From positions 1 through 51,852 of the forward strand of contig PFWU01000001.1 in NCBI GenBank assembly GCA_002791295.1: 51,852 bases of DNA, written 5' to 3'. The position numbers and the translations under genes were made by a program. The stretch is from Candidatus Uhrbacteria bacterium CG_4_9_14_3_um_filter_50_9 (GTDB lineage: Bacteria > Patescibacteriota > Patescibacteriia > UBA9934 > GWF2-40-263). Under the pieces are notes generated by a model. It did not search any database. It was not told where the DNA came from and saw only the letters and a program-made list of their open reading frames with translations. Within the stretch, counting starts at the first letter, position 1. Each line of letters opens with the position of its first letter. Shown here piece after piece: positions 33,411 to 42,251 of this stretch.

Positions 33411-33857
33411 CTATCGTCCTTTTGGTCCATTTTCGATTACATCCTGGATCTTGTCTTGAGGCGTTGGTGGCAACGTCCCTGGCATCTGTGCGGCTACTCC
33501 TGCCACCAAGACAGCGACCACGTTAATCCAGTTGGAGACAAGCACTTCAAGATTTAAAATGATCTCCCAAGAGTATCCGTAAACAGGTTCCACAAGAAGG
33601 ACCTCTAATAGAAATGTCAAGAAGATCCAACCAAATGCAGTGACAAAACGTGCGGACCAGTCGTTGCGTGCTTTTCGGAAATAGAGAAAGCCAACAAATA
33701 AAAACCAAAGTGGGGTGAAGATGTTGCTGACAATATAGGTATACGGATTGCCTGTCAGTTCATAATACGTGAAGAGTAACACGGACACGGGGTACCAAAT
33801 CACAAATAGAAGAAGGAAGTAGAGCCACCAGCGTTTTGAAAGAAGCATGGTCTTCAT
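33411..33857 (-). CDS. Small 4-TM membrane protein, unknown
   Basis: 148 aa, four hydrophobic segments, backbone composition, followed by a strong terminator. Confidence 0.55.
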   Translation of the reverse strand: MKTMLLSKRWWLYFLLLFVIWYPVSVLLFTYYELTGNPYTYIVSNIFTPLWFLFVGFLYFRKARNDWSARFVTAFGWIFLTFLLEVLLVEPVYGYSWEIILNLEVLVSNWINVVAVLVAGVAAQMPGTLPPTPQDKIQDVIENGPKGR

Positions 33858-33863
33858 ATGAAC

Positions 33864-35015
33864 TTAGTTTAACAAGAGAGGTACTACTTCGACCAGCACC
33901 CCACCGGCAAACAATGTGATCAGTGCCCACGTAAGTGGTGCGGGAAAATTAACGCAATGGTGTTTCACACAGACAGGCGAACGACGCATCTTCCAGTAGG
34001 TCAGCGCAATCAAGATCCCCAACGTCCCTCCGAACACAGAACCGATAAAACCAACAAGCTCGATAAACTCACGGACACCGACAAGAAACAACACGAGAGG
34101 GACTCCAACGGTCACCATCCAAGCGGTTTTGTGTGGAAGTTTAAAATCGAAACGAAGGGTATTGAGCATTTCAATTCCGAGCACCATAAAAATTGAAATG
34201 ATGGTTATGGAACCAAGCAGCGTTGCGATCACGCCGAATGAACTTCCGAAGGCAGGAATGAGGCCATCAAATGCTGTTTGTGTTGTCTCACTTCCAGTCA
34301 CCCCAACAACCGCAAGTGCAAAAAGTCCATAAAGAAGCAGAATGATGGACATGCCAATCACAACCGCTCGACCCAAATCTTTCTTTCGCTCCCCTCCTAA
34401 CACATCTGCCATTTCAGGAACGATCCCTATACCCGCAAGGGAAAAGAGGATCACACCATAAGGAAGAAGATAATCTGGCTTGAGCACAGCAGCGTAATGC
34501 GCCACATCAATCGAAGGAAGACTCAAGGCGATGATAAAGATAAACAGGAAGAGCAGTACCAGCACGACAATCACTTCGAGCTTGGCAGCGAACTGTAATC
34601 CTCGGTAAATCAGGTAGGACGCAATGGCCCAAATGACAATGGGATAGATGAGCTCCTGGCCTCCGAACACGGGACTGAGCAAAAGATGTAAAAAACGTCC
34701 GCCGACAATCAAGTAGGCAAGCATGGCTCCCCAGATGCCAGCTGACAACGCCACGATGGTGACCCAACGCATATGTCTTCCGAGATAACGTGCGGTGAGA
34801 CCCACCAGGCGAGATTTTCCTGGTGTTTGTATCGCCACTTCGGCGAACATGAGCTGAAGTAAGGTGAGTAGGCCACCGATCACCAAGAGCCACACAAGTC
34901 CAATGGCTGTTCCGCTCTGTGAAAACGCATACGGCAATCCAAAAACACCCACGCCTACAATGGCGCCAATCATCATACCCACGGCACGTAACAGCTTCAC
35001 ATTCGGATGTTTCAT
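33864..35015 (-). CDS. Amino-acid permease (aromatic/SdaC-type, ~11 TM)
   Basis: MKHPNVKLLRAVGMMIGAIVGVGVFGLPYAF N-terminal signature. GGAGGA lies 4 nt before ATG 35015 (the ORF track extends to 35066). Confidence 0.75.
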   Translation of the reverse strand: MKHPNVKLLRAVGMMIGAIVGVGVFGLPYAFSQSGTAIGLVWLLVIGGLLTLLQLMFAEVAIQTPGKSRLVGLTARYLGRHMRWVTIVALSAGIWGAMLAYLIVGGRFLHLLLSPVFGGQELIYPIVIWAIASYLIYRGLQFAAKLEVIVVLVLLFLFIFIIALSLPSIDVAHYAAVLKPDYLLPYGVILFSLAGIGIVPEMADVLGGERKKDLGRAVVIGMSIILLLYGLFALAVVGVTGSETTQTAFDGLIPAFGSSFGVIATLLGSITIISIFMVLGIEMLNTLRFDFKLPHKTAWMVTVGVPLVLFLVGVREFIELVGFIGSVFGGTLGILIALTYWKMRRSPVCVKHHCVNFPAPLTWALITLFAGGVLVEVVPLLLN

Positions 35016-35057
35016 GAATCCTCCACTCATTCTCCCCAAGTATAACACATGGAACGC

Positions 35058-35085
35058 TTGATCCATGGGGGCAGAGTGTTAAGAT
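35058..35085 (+). promoter_or_regulatory. Backbone promoter TTGATC-16-TAAGAT, 10 nt before dnaB ATG 35096
   Basis: TTGATC 35058-35063, TAAGAT 35080-35085. Confidence 0.5.
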
Positions 35086-35095
35086 GCCGAAGCTT

Positions 35096-36562
35096 ATGAA
35101 TGAACTTCAGAAGATTCCTCCGCAAAATTTGGAGGCTGAGCAATCCCTGCTTGGGTGCCTTTTGATCGACAAGGAATCCATGATTAAAATTGCGGACCGC
35201 ATTCGACCAGAGGACTTTTATCGAGAATCTCATCATAAAATTTTCGAGGTCATGCTCGACCTCTATGAACGTCATGATCCGATTGACATTCTTTCACTGG
35301 GAAATCGACTGGAGGAAAAAAACTGGCTCCAACTTGCGGGCGGTCGCGCCTATCTTGTAGAACTTTCAAACATGATTCCAACAAGTGCGCACGTCACGCA
35401 CTATGCGGATATCGTGCAAAAGAAAGCAACGCTCCGACGGCTTCTTGAAGCTGCCGCAACCATTACCCGCATGGGGTATGAAGAAGAGGATGAAATAGAT
35501 GCAACGCTCGATCATGCAGAACGTGCGCTCTTCCAAGTCTCAGAAAAATTTAACAAGAACACCTTCATCTCCATCCGCAGTGTCTTGCACGATGCCTTTG
35601 ATCGCATTGACGAGCTCCACAAAAACCGAGGGCAGCTCCGTGGGGTGCCGACCGGATTCAAGGAACTCGATGAACTTACCGCCGGGCTGCAAAAATCTGA
35701 TTTGATCATCCTGGCCGCACGTCCTTCTGTAGGTAAAACATCGTTAGCTCTCGATATCGCCCGTACCATTGGGACTCAAACAAAACTACCTGTGGGATTT
35801 TTCTCGCTGGAAATGAGCAAGGAACAGCTTGTGGATCGCATGATCTGTGCACAGGCAGACGTCGACTTGTGGAAGCTCCGCACAGGACGCCTCTCAGACC
35901 GGGACGACGACTTCCCTCGCATTGGACAGGCACTCGGTGAGCTCTCAGAAGCACCCATCTTTATTGATGACTCAGCTTCGCTCAACATCATGCAACTGCG
36001 CACGAAGGCTAGGCGACTCAAGACCGAACATGGGCTTGGCCTCATTATGGTTGACTATCTTCAGCTCATGGAAGGACGCTCTAGTAAAGGTTCTGATAAC
36101 CGTGTTCAAGAAGTCTCTGAAATTTCTCGTGGGCTCAAGCAGATTGCGAAGGAGCTCGAAGTGCCGGTTCTTGCTCTTGCACAGCTCTCTCGTGCGGTTG
36201 AACAAGTCAAGCCAGCCATCCCACGCCTCTCACACCTGCGCGATTCTGGATCCATTGAGCAAGACGCTGATATTGTGATGTTCATCTATCGCAAAGCCGC
36301 TGACCGCAATTACCGACCAGAAGATGTTGCCCCCGAAGAAGCGAATATCGCCGAAATTCATATTGCCAAACACCGTAACGGACCCACCGGCATGGTGCGT
36401 CTCCACTTTGAGAAGAATCGTGCATCGTTTAGGAACTTGGATCGATCATTCGCCCAGCACGCCCCACCGCCCGTGGCCTCACAAGACAGCACCGGCTTTG
36501 CCCCTCTCGCACGAGCGCAGCAAGCACCGCCACCGATTGACCCGAACCCAAGCCAGCATTGA
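35096..36562 (+). CDS. dnaB: Replicative DNA helicase
   Basis: PPQNLEAEQSLLGCLL, Walker A ARPSVGKTSLAL. Start at ATG 35096, 10 nt after TAAGAT (ORF track 35084). Confidence 0.93.
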   Translation: MNELQKIPPQNLEAEQSLLGCLLIDKESMIKIADRIRPEDFYRESHHKIFEVMLDLYERHDPIDILSLGNRLEEKNWLQLAGGRAYLVELSNMIPTSAHVTHYADIVQKKATLRRLLEAAATITRMGYEEEDEIDATLDHAERALFQVSEKFNKNTFISIRSVLHDAFDRIDELHKNRGQLRGVPTGFKELDELTAGLQKSDLIILAARPSVGKTSLALDIARTIGTQTKLPVGFFSLEMSKEQLVDRMICAQADVDLWKLRTGRLSDRDDDFPRIGQALGELSEAPIFIDDSASLNIMQLRTKARRLKTEHGLGLIMVDYLQLMEGRSSKGSDNRVQEVSEISRGLKQIAKELEVPVLALAQLSRAVEQVKPAIPRLSHLRDSGSIEQDADIVMFIYRKAADRNYRPEDVAPEEANIAEIHIAKHRNGPTGMVRLHFEKNRASFRNLDRSFAQHAPPPVASQDSTGFAPLARAQQAPPPIDPNPSQH

Positions 36563-36587
36563 GCCCCCACCACTCGTGGGGTATCAT
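36559..36587 (+). promoter_or_regulatory. Promoter TTGAGC-17-TATCAT aimed at the dnaB-ybaB hairpin
   Basis: TTGAGC 36559-36564 overlaps the dnaB stop. TATCAT 36582-36587. The hairpin starts at 36591. Confidence 0.45.
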
Positions 36588-36590
36588 AAC

Positions 36591-36719
36591 GGGACTGTTC
36601 CTGAATGCGCGATCTTGGCTTTCACGGGCACCCAGTCATCGCTTCAACGTCCATTTGAGGACGTTTTCAGCGATCGACAGCCCGTTCAAGCCAATCTCAT
36701 CGCATTCAGAAACAGTCCC
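36591..36719 (+). ncRNA. ~130-nt long imperfect hairpin between dnaB and ybaB (structured leader or small RNA candidate)
   Basis: Pairing blocks: 36591-36599/36711-36719, 36601-36609/36701-36709, 36615-36621/36688-36694, 36625-36629/36680-36684, 36638-36643/36669-36674. Apical AACGTCC-ATTTGA-GGACGTT (36646-36665) is followed by TTC. Confidence 0.45.
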
Positions 36720-36742
36720 ATAACGACACATAACAAAAAACT

Positions 36743-37045
36743 ATGTTCAACAAACTCAAAAACATCAAAGACCTCAAGAAACAAGGAAAGTTCATGCAGA
36801 CTGAGCTTGCAACTGTGGTACATGAAGGTTCGGCTGCTTGGGGAAAGGTAAAGATCATTGTGAATGGAAACAAAGAAATGATCGACGTGAAGATCGACCC
36901 ATCCATGCTAGAGGATGCTGACAAACTGGCTGATGCGGTCAAAGAAGCATTCAAGGACGCCACGGGCATGAAGTTTCAGATGAAGCTTGCAAAGAAGATG
37001 CAGGACATGGGAGGCATGGATATGTTGAAAAATTTTGGAGGGTAA
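36743..37045 (+). CDS. ybaB: Nucleoid-associated protein YbaB/EbfC
   Basis: 100 aa, family-typical (KQGKFMQTELA...GKVKIIVNGNKEMIDVKIDPS). Confidence 0.88.
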   Translation: MFNKLKNIKDLKKQGKFMQTELATVVHEGSAAWGKVKIIVNGNKEMIDVKIDPSMLEDADKLADAVKEAFKDATGMKFQMKLAKKMQDMGGMDMLKNFGG

Positions 37046-37067
37046 CCCTGTTGGCGAACCGATCGTT

Positions 37068-37122
37068 CAAACGAACTTGTGAGATCACCTGGATTCTCAC
37101 TGAGTCGACTCAACGTTGTTTG
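37068..37122 (+). repeat. Copy 2 of the ~55-nt conserved structured intergenic element
   Basis: CAAACGAACTTGTGAGATCACCTGGATTCTCACTGAGTCGACTCAACGTTGTTTG. The outer stem is extendable to 37064-37072 / 37118-37126 (CGTTCAAAC/GTTTGAACG). Confidence 0.7.
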
Positions 37123-37145
37123 AACGCTCGTTCCCAGTACGACAC

Positions 37146-37748
37146 ATGCGTCGTTTTCCAGAACCAATTTCGAATCTTGTCGCGACCTTTGCGCGACTGC
37201 CAGGCGTGGGGCCCAAAACGGCCCTGCGCTATGTTTATTATCTTTTGAAACAACCAAAGGCAGACCTCGACGTCATGGCACGTGCGCTCGTTCAACTTGG
37301 TGAACGCATCCGAGTGTGCTCTGTATGTTTCACCTACACCGAACAAGAGGTGTGTGATATCTGCCAGGATCCAAAACGCAACCGTGCGCAAATTTGTGTT
37401 GTCGAAGAGTCCCGCGACATTTCAACCATTGAATCAACAAACGTCTACACCGGTCTTTACCACGTCCTCGGCGGCAACTTGAACCCCATAGAGGGCATGA
37501 TCCCAGACACCATCCGCATCCGCGAGCTCAAAGAAAAACTAGAACTCGACCCAACCATCACAGAAATAATCCTAGCCCTCTCCCCCACCTCCCACGGGGA
37601 AGCAACCATGCTCTACCTCTCCAAACACATCCAGCCCCTTGGACGCTCGCTTACACGCCTAGCACGAGGGTTACCCGTGGGGGCAACATTGGAATTTGCC
37701 GACGAGGTAACCTTGGGAGATGCGATGAAGGGAAGGAAACGGGTGTGA
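37146..37748 (+). CDS. recR: Recombination protein RecR
   Basis: LPGVGPKTALRYVYYLL (HhH), Cys4 zinc finger CSVCFTYTEQEVCDIC, Toprim region. Start at ATG 37146. Confidence 0.92.
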   Translation: MRRFPEPISNLVATFARLPGVGPKTALRYVYYLLKQPKADLDVMARALVQLGERIRVCSVCFTYTEQEVCDICQDPKRNRAQICVVEESRDISTIESTNVYTGLYHVLGGNLNPIEGMIPDTIRIRELKEKLELDPTITEIILALSPTSHGEATMLYLSKHIQPLGRSLTRLARGLPVGATLEFADEVTLGDAMKGRKRV

Positions 37749-37775
37749 GGGGGATCGTCTAGTTTGAAACTCTCT

Positions 37776-38402
37776 ATGGTTGACGACATTCCAAAAAGCT
37801 TAGCTGACCTCTCAGATCGCAAACTTAGAACAAAACTTCTAGAAAAGGAGCATGTTTTTCCGCTTACTTATTTTGTTCAAAAGATACGAAATGAGCGAGA
37901 GCTGGAGAGAGAGGTGCCTGATTTTGATCCGCTTGATGGCGGAATTCATGCTGAGTGCTTGTTTTTACTTGAGGCGCCTGGTCCTAAAGCAGTACAAAGT
38001 GGTTTTGTTTCCAGGAATAATCCTGATGAAACCGCAAAGAATTTTTTTAATTTCAATCAAGAAGTAGATATTCCTCGTCAAAAGACAATTATCTGGAATG
38101 TTGTTCCGTGGTACATTGGTAGTGAGAAAAAGATTCGAGCCGCACAGCAAAAAGATATCCAACAAGGCTTAGCCTATACGCACCAACTCATCGCTCTTTT
38201 ACCACAACTAAAAAACATCGTTCTGTTTGGTAAAAAAGCACAAGCTATCAAAAATGAACTTTCAGAGCATTATAAAGGCTTGGTCATTATAACCTCTCCG
38301 CATCCAAGCCCAATGTTTGTAAATCGCAAGAAGCAAAATAAAGAAAGTATTATTTCGGCATTAAAAAGAGCAAAAATTGAGCTGGGATTAGGTCGTGAAT
38401 AG
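37776..38402 (+). CDS. Uracil-DNA glycosylase superfamily protein
   Basis: LLEAPGP (motif A-like) and SPHPSPMFVN (motif B HPSxxN-like). AT-richer than its neighbours. Confidence 0.7.
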   Translation: MVDDIPKSLADLSDRKLRTKLLEKEHVFPLTYFVQKIRNERELEREVPDFDPLDGGIHAECLFLLEAPGPKAVQSGFVSRNNPDETAKNFFNFNQEVDIPRQKTIIWNVVPWYIGSEKKIRAAQQKDIQQGLAYTHQLIALLPQLKNIVLFGKKAQAIKNELSEHYKGLVIITSPHPSPMFVNRKKQNKESIISALKRAKIELGLGRE

Positions 38403-38448
38403 TACATTTGCATGGATGAGAGTCAGCCCCCCATAACTCACCTAGCCT

Positions 38449-39111
38449 ATGAATCGTGTGAATCAAGAAGATGTGATTCAAAAAACTGTTGCTTTTGTAA
38501 AGGAAGTTTTATCTGAGGCTGAAGGTGGTCATGACTGGTGGCATATCTATCGTGTTTGGAACTTGTCGAAGCATATTGCACAAACAGAAGATGTAGATCT
38601 ACTTGTCGTTGAACTTGGGGCATTGCTTCATGACATCGCAGATTCTAAATTTCACAAGGGGGATGAGGAAATCGGTCCTCGCAAGGCTAGAACATTTTTG
38701 AGTTCGTTGAGTGTTGATGAAGAGATGATTGTGCATGTTGAAAATATTGTCTCAAATATTTCTTTCAAAGGCGGGAAGCACGCTCAAGAATTTAAATCTC
38801 GTGAATTAGATGTTGTACAAGATGCAGATAGATTGGACGCCATGGGGGCAATTGGGATCGCGAGGACATTTAACTATGGAGGTCATAAGGGAAGGGAAAT
38901 TTATAATCCTGAGATTGAGCCAAATCTCAACATGACCAAAGAAGAGTACAAAAAAAGCAGCGCCCCAACGCTCAATCATTTCTATGAAAAACTTCTGATC
39001 CTTAAAGATAGGATGAATACGAACACTGGGAAATCTATGGCTCAACAGAGGCATCAATTCATGGAACAGTTTCTCGATGAATTCTATAAAGAATGGAATG
39101 GAGAATTATAG
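38449..39111 (+). CDS. HD-domain phosphohydrolase
   Basis: GGHDWWHIYRVW ... LGALLHDIADSKF ... VQDADRLDAMGAIG. Confidence 0.8.
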   Translation: MNRVNQEDVIQKTVAFVKEVLSEAEGGHDWWHIYRVWNLSKHIAQTEDVDLLVVELGALLHDIADSKFHKGDEEIGPRKARTFLSSLSVDEEMIVHVENIVSNISFKGGKHAQEFKSRELDVVQDADRLDAMGAIGIARTFNYGGHKGREIYNPEIEPNLNMTKEEYKKSSAPTLNHFYEKLLILKDRMNTNTGKSMAQQRHQFMEQFLDEFYKEWNGEL

Positions 39112-39204
39112 CGAGAAGTAAATTAACTTCTCCCTTCGTTCCACCCATATCGCCATCACAACATCGTATACCCAGACACATTACATAGACGAAACCCATC
39201 CCCT

Positions 39205-39489
39205 ATGCCAACCATTGAAGAGTTGCAATTCGAGATCGAGAAAATTAAAGAGCGGAATCGGCGGGTTGAGGGGGATAAGGGTTGGGAGGTGAGTTGGACG
39301 AGGAAAGTTGTGGTGTCCGTGCTCACCTATGTTGTCATTGTGGTTTTTTTCTATTTTGCTCAATTACCAAAACCCTTTGTGAACGCCATTGTTCCCGCTG
39401 TGGCCTTCGTCTTATCCACACTCACGGTTCCCCTTTTTAAAACTTGGTGGCTCAAAAAACAGTCGCACCAATCACCTGACAGAACCTAA
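39205..39489 (+). CDS. Small membrane protein with an N-terminal coiled coil, unknown
   Basis: 94 aa. EELQFEIEKIKERNRR followed by two TM segments. Own terminator. Confidence 0.5.
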   Translation: MPTIEELQFEIEKIKERNRRVEGDKGWEVSWTRKVVVSVLTYVVIVVFFYFAQLPKPFVNAIVPAVAFVLSTLTVPLFKTWWLKKQSHQSPDRT

Positions 39490-39502
39490 AACGATATACC
39501 CC

Positions 39503-39531
39503 TTTTTGAGAAACTTGTCTCAAAATATTTC
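39503..39531 (+). terminator. Terminator of gene 39205-39489
   Basis: TTTTGAGA-aacttg-TCTCAAAA then TATTTCT. Confidence 0.55.
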
Positions 39532-39544
39532 TGGACCCCCACGC

Positions 39545-39586
39545 TAATAAAAAACAAGCCTTCCTATTGGAAAAGCTTGTTTTTAA
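39545..39586 (-). terminator. ABC exporter terminator
   Basis: AAAAACAAGC ... GCTTGTTTTT long stem with inner CTTCC/GGAA pairing. Confidence 0.65.
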
Positions 39587-39590
39587 ACCG

Positions 39591-41372
39591 CTACTTGATG
39601 AATCCACCAGCTTGGATCTCCCAGAGCTTTTTGTAGATGTTGTCTTTCTTTTTCAGCAGCTGCTTGTGTGTGCCGCTGTCTGTGACCTTCCCGTCTTCGA
39701 TGACGATGATGCGGTCCATCTTCATGATGGTTGAGAGGCGGTGAGCGATGACGATGGTGGTTTTATCTTTCATCAACTCCTCAAGCGCTTCCTGGATGAG
39801 CGCTTCGGACTCTGAGTCTAGGCTCGACGTTGCCTCGTCGAGCACGAGAATTGGTGCGTTCTTAAGGATTGCTCGTGCGATGGCTACGCGTTGGCGTTCA
39901 CCACCGGAGAGCTTCACGCCGCGTTCACCCACAAACGTCTCATATCCCTCTTGCAGGCCTTCAATAAACTCATGCGCATGTGCTCTCTTTGCTGCCTCAA
40001 TCACTTCCTCATCCGTTGCACCCCGTCGACCATAGCGGATGTTATCCATGATAGTTCGATGAAACAGAATCGGTTCTTGAGGCACAAGAGCAATATTCTC
40101 ACGCAAGGAGTCTTGCGTCACCTTAGCAATATTCTGATTCCCCACAAGGATCTTTCCACGTTCCACATCGAAGAATCGAAACAGGAGTTTTGTGATTGTG
40201 GATTTTCCGGCTCCAGACGGACCGACGAGGGCAATCTTTTCCTTTGGCTTAATGACCAAGTTCATGTCTTTCAAGATCCGTCGTGTCTTGTTAAAGCTGA
40301 AGTAGACGTTTTGGAACTCGATGCGACCGGTTTGAACTTGAAGTTCTTTTGCATTGCGCACGTCCTTGACCTCGTGCGGGGTGTTTAGGATCTCGATCAT
40401 TTCGTCGGCATTTGCCAAGGCCTCGTAGAGCTTGCGAATCGCTCGGCCCACGTTCCATAACACCATAAAGAGTCCCATCAAATAAGTTTGAATCAGGACA
40501 AAGTCTCCCACCGTGAGGACCCCCTCATACCACAGACCAATGGCGTAATACATGATCACAAACTCAATGAGCGTCATCAGGAGGGCCTGAACGGCCTCCA
40601 TAGCCTCACCAATATTCCAGGTAAACGTGTGCATCCGACGCAGCCGTTCGGTCACGTTCTTGAACAGTCCTGACTCAAACGCATGTCCCGTAAACAATTT
40701 GACCGTCACAGCGTTTGTGAGTGAGTCCGCCAATACGCCGGTAGTTTCGGAATCTAACTCCGCACGACTGAAATCATACTTCGTCTTCCACGTGGCAAAC
40801 AGGACATTGATCACAATATAGAGCACCACCCAACCGAGCAGAATCAGAGCAAGCATAGAACTCCTTGTCCACAATACGATCAAATTACCGACCACGATAA
40901 CAAACAGAGGAATAATGTTAAACACCATCTGGTCAACCAACGCTTCAAAAGAATCTGCGAGTCGATTGACGCGACGCACCAACGACCCGGAAAAACTATT
41001 GGAGAAAAACCGGTAGGAGTGGTGATGCAGATAACTAAATGCTGTCTGTCGCAAGTCAGCCATCACACGAGGTTGAAACCAGTTTGAAAACAGTGCAAAC
41101 AATCGCCAGGCAATCCAATTAAAGAGATGAAGAATCAACACGATCAGAATCGTTCCTCTCAGGAGTGCTGGAAGTTCTTCTGAGACGGCGGGAATCTCCC
41201 CTGAAAGCAGATCAAAAAACCGTTTATAAAACAGCGGTGCAACGACATCCAAGGATTTTGCTGCCACCACAAGAGCCAAAATAATACAGACGACCCAAAG
41301 GTATGGGCGCATGTGCTTCCAGTACACTTGGAGAATCTCCTTTGTGTGAATATGGTGTGTTGTTCTTCTCAT
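39591..41372 (-). CDS. ABC exporter, fused permease-ATPase (MsbA-like)
   Basis: Six-TM N-domain, Walker A GPSGAGKST, signature LSGGERQR, Walker B ILVLDEATS. Confidence 0.9.
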   Translation of the reverse strand: MRRTTHHIHTKEILQVYWKHMRPYLWVVCIILALVVAAKSLDVVAPLFYKRFFDLLSGEIPAVSEELPALLRGTILIVLILHLFNWIAWRLFALFSNWFQPRVMADLRQTAFSYLHHHSYRFFSNSFSGSLVRRVNRLADSFEALVDQMVFNIIPLFVIVVGNLIVLWTRSSMLALILLGWVVLYIVINVLFATWKTKYDFSRAELDSETTGVLADSLTNAVTVKLFTGHAFESGLFKNVTERLRRMHTFTWNIGEAMEAVQALLMTLIEFVIMYYAIGLWYEGVLTVGDFVLIQTYLMGLFMVLWNVGRAIRKLYEALANADEMIEILNTPHEVKDVRNAKELQVQTGRIEFQNVYFSFNKTRRILKDMNLVIKPKEKIALVGPSGAGKSTITKLLFRFFDVERGKILVGNQNIAKVTQDSLRENIALVPQEPILFHRTIMDNIRYGRRGATDEEVIEAAKRAHAHEFIEGLQEGYETFVGERGVKLSGGERQRVAIARAILKNAPILVLDEATSSLDSESEALIQEALEELMKDKTTIVIAHRLSTIMKMDRIIVIEDGKVTDSGTHKQLLKKKDNIYKKLWEIQAGGFIK

Positions 41373-41400
41373 AAAAAAATCGCCTAGGCGGCGATTTTTT
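41373..41400 (-). terminator. rplU terminator abutting the ABC exporter start codon
   Basis: Minus sense AAAAAATCGCC-gccta-GGCGATTTTTTT followed directly by ATG 41372. The rplU TAG stop sits in the loop. Confidence 0.65.
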
Positions 41401-41704
41401 CAATCTTGAGCGTGGTGAACGGTTGCCGGTGCCCGACGTTTCGTCGGTAGCGGGACTTAGGCTTGTACTTGATAATCGGTACCTTCTTAGCCCTTCCCTG
41501 CTCGAGCACTTTGGCCGTCACTTTTGCGCCGCCAACGGTTGGTGTTCCAACCTGTATATTAGATCCATCTTCGTTAGAAACGAGAAGGACGTCAAAATCA
41601 ATCGTTGCCCCCTCTTCGAGAATAAGTTTCTCAACCTTAAGTTCCTGTCCTTCACGGACGAGGTACTGCTTTCCCCCTGACTGGATGACAGCAAGTGTTG
41701 CCAT
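41384..41704 (-). CDS. rplU: 50S ribosomal protein L21
   Basis: [20 protein letters not shown]... family-typical, 106 aa. Confidence 0.92.
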   Translation of the reverse strand: MATLAVIQSGGKQYLVREGQELKVEKLILEEGATIDFDVLLVSNEDGSNIQVGTPTVGGAKVTAKVLEQGRAKKVPIIKYKPKSRYRRNVGHRQPFTTLKIEKIAA

Positions 41705-41774
41705 AATCGGATATCTGCGGCTCCTCAGCGAATGCCAGTGTGCCAGCGATTTATAGAGTTAATACGCGGGGAGA

Positions 41775-42251
41775 TTACTCCTCCACAAACTCTATGTCAA
41801 GGAAATCACCCACAATCAACTCATTTTCTTCAACAAAACCAGCATTCACTTCTAAAACCATGTTAATTGGGATTTCAGGGGAATAGTAGGTCTGTGCTGG
41901 ATCCTCAGGAATGGCATTCTTACTGAAACCCACAATTTCATCATCCACAAGCCAGATAATATCGATTGAAAAATTCATGTCTGGCATCCAATAGTTCGGA
42001 ACCTCAAGCTGATCATGCACAAACAACATTCCTTCAAACGGCTTCAACGCTTCTCGACCAGAAAGACCACGGGTGCGTTCGGGTGTTGAATCAGCGACGT
42101 CTGCATAGACCACCGACCCATTTGGAAGGGTCACGAGTGCTTCGTATTCAACCTGGAGCGTTTCAACCGGCTCAAGTGTTTGTGCATACACATAGATGGC
42201 TACACCGACAGCCATGAGCATGACTGGAATGAGTCTGTACCGCATCTTCAT
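41775..42251 (-). CDS. DUF192 (COG1430) protein
   Basis: RTRGLSGREALKPFEGMLFV ... MNFSIDIIWL ... MVLEVNAGF. Start at ATG 42251, ATGA overlap with the upstream gene. Confidence 0.75.
   Translation of the reverse strand: MKMRYRLIPVMLMAVGVAIYVYAQTLEPVETLQVEYEALVTLPNGSVVYADVADSTPERTRGLSGREALKPFEGMLFVHDQLEVPNYWMPDMNFSIDIIWLVDDEIVGFSKNAIPEDPAQTYYSPEIPINMVLEVNAGFVEENELIVGDFLDIEFVEE

Noticed and set aside
36585-36725. SRP (4.5S/scRNA) RNA, considered because ffs often neighbours ybaB-recR.
   Set aside because: The hairpin apex is ATTTGA. There is no GGAA/GNRA tetraloop and no AGCAGC/GGUCC-type domain-IV motif.
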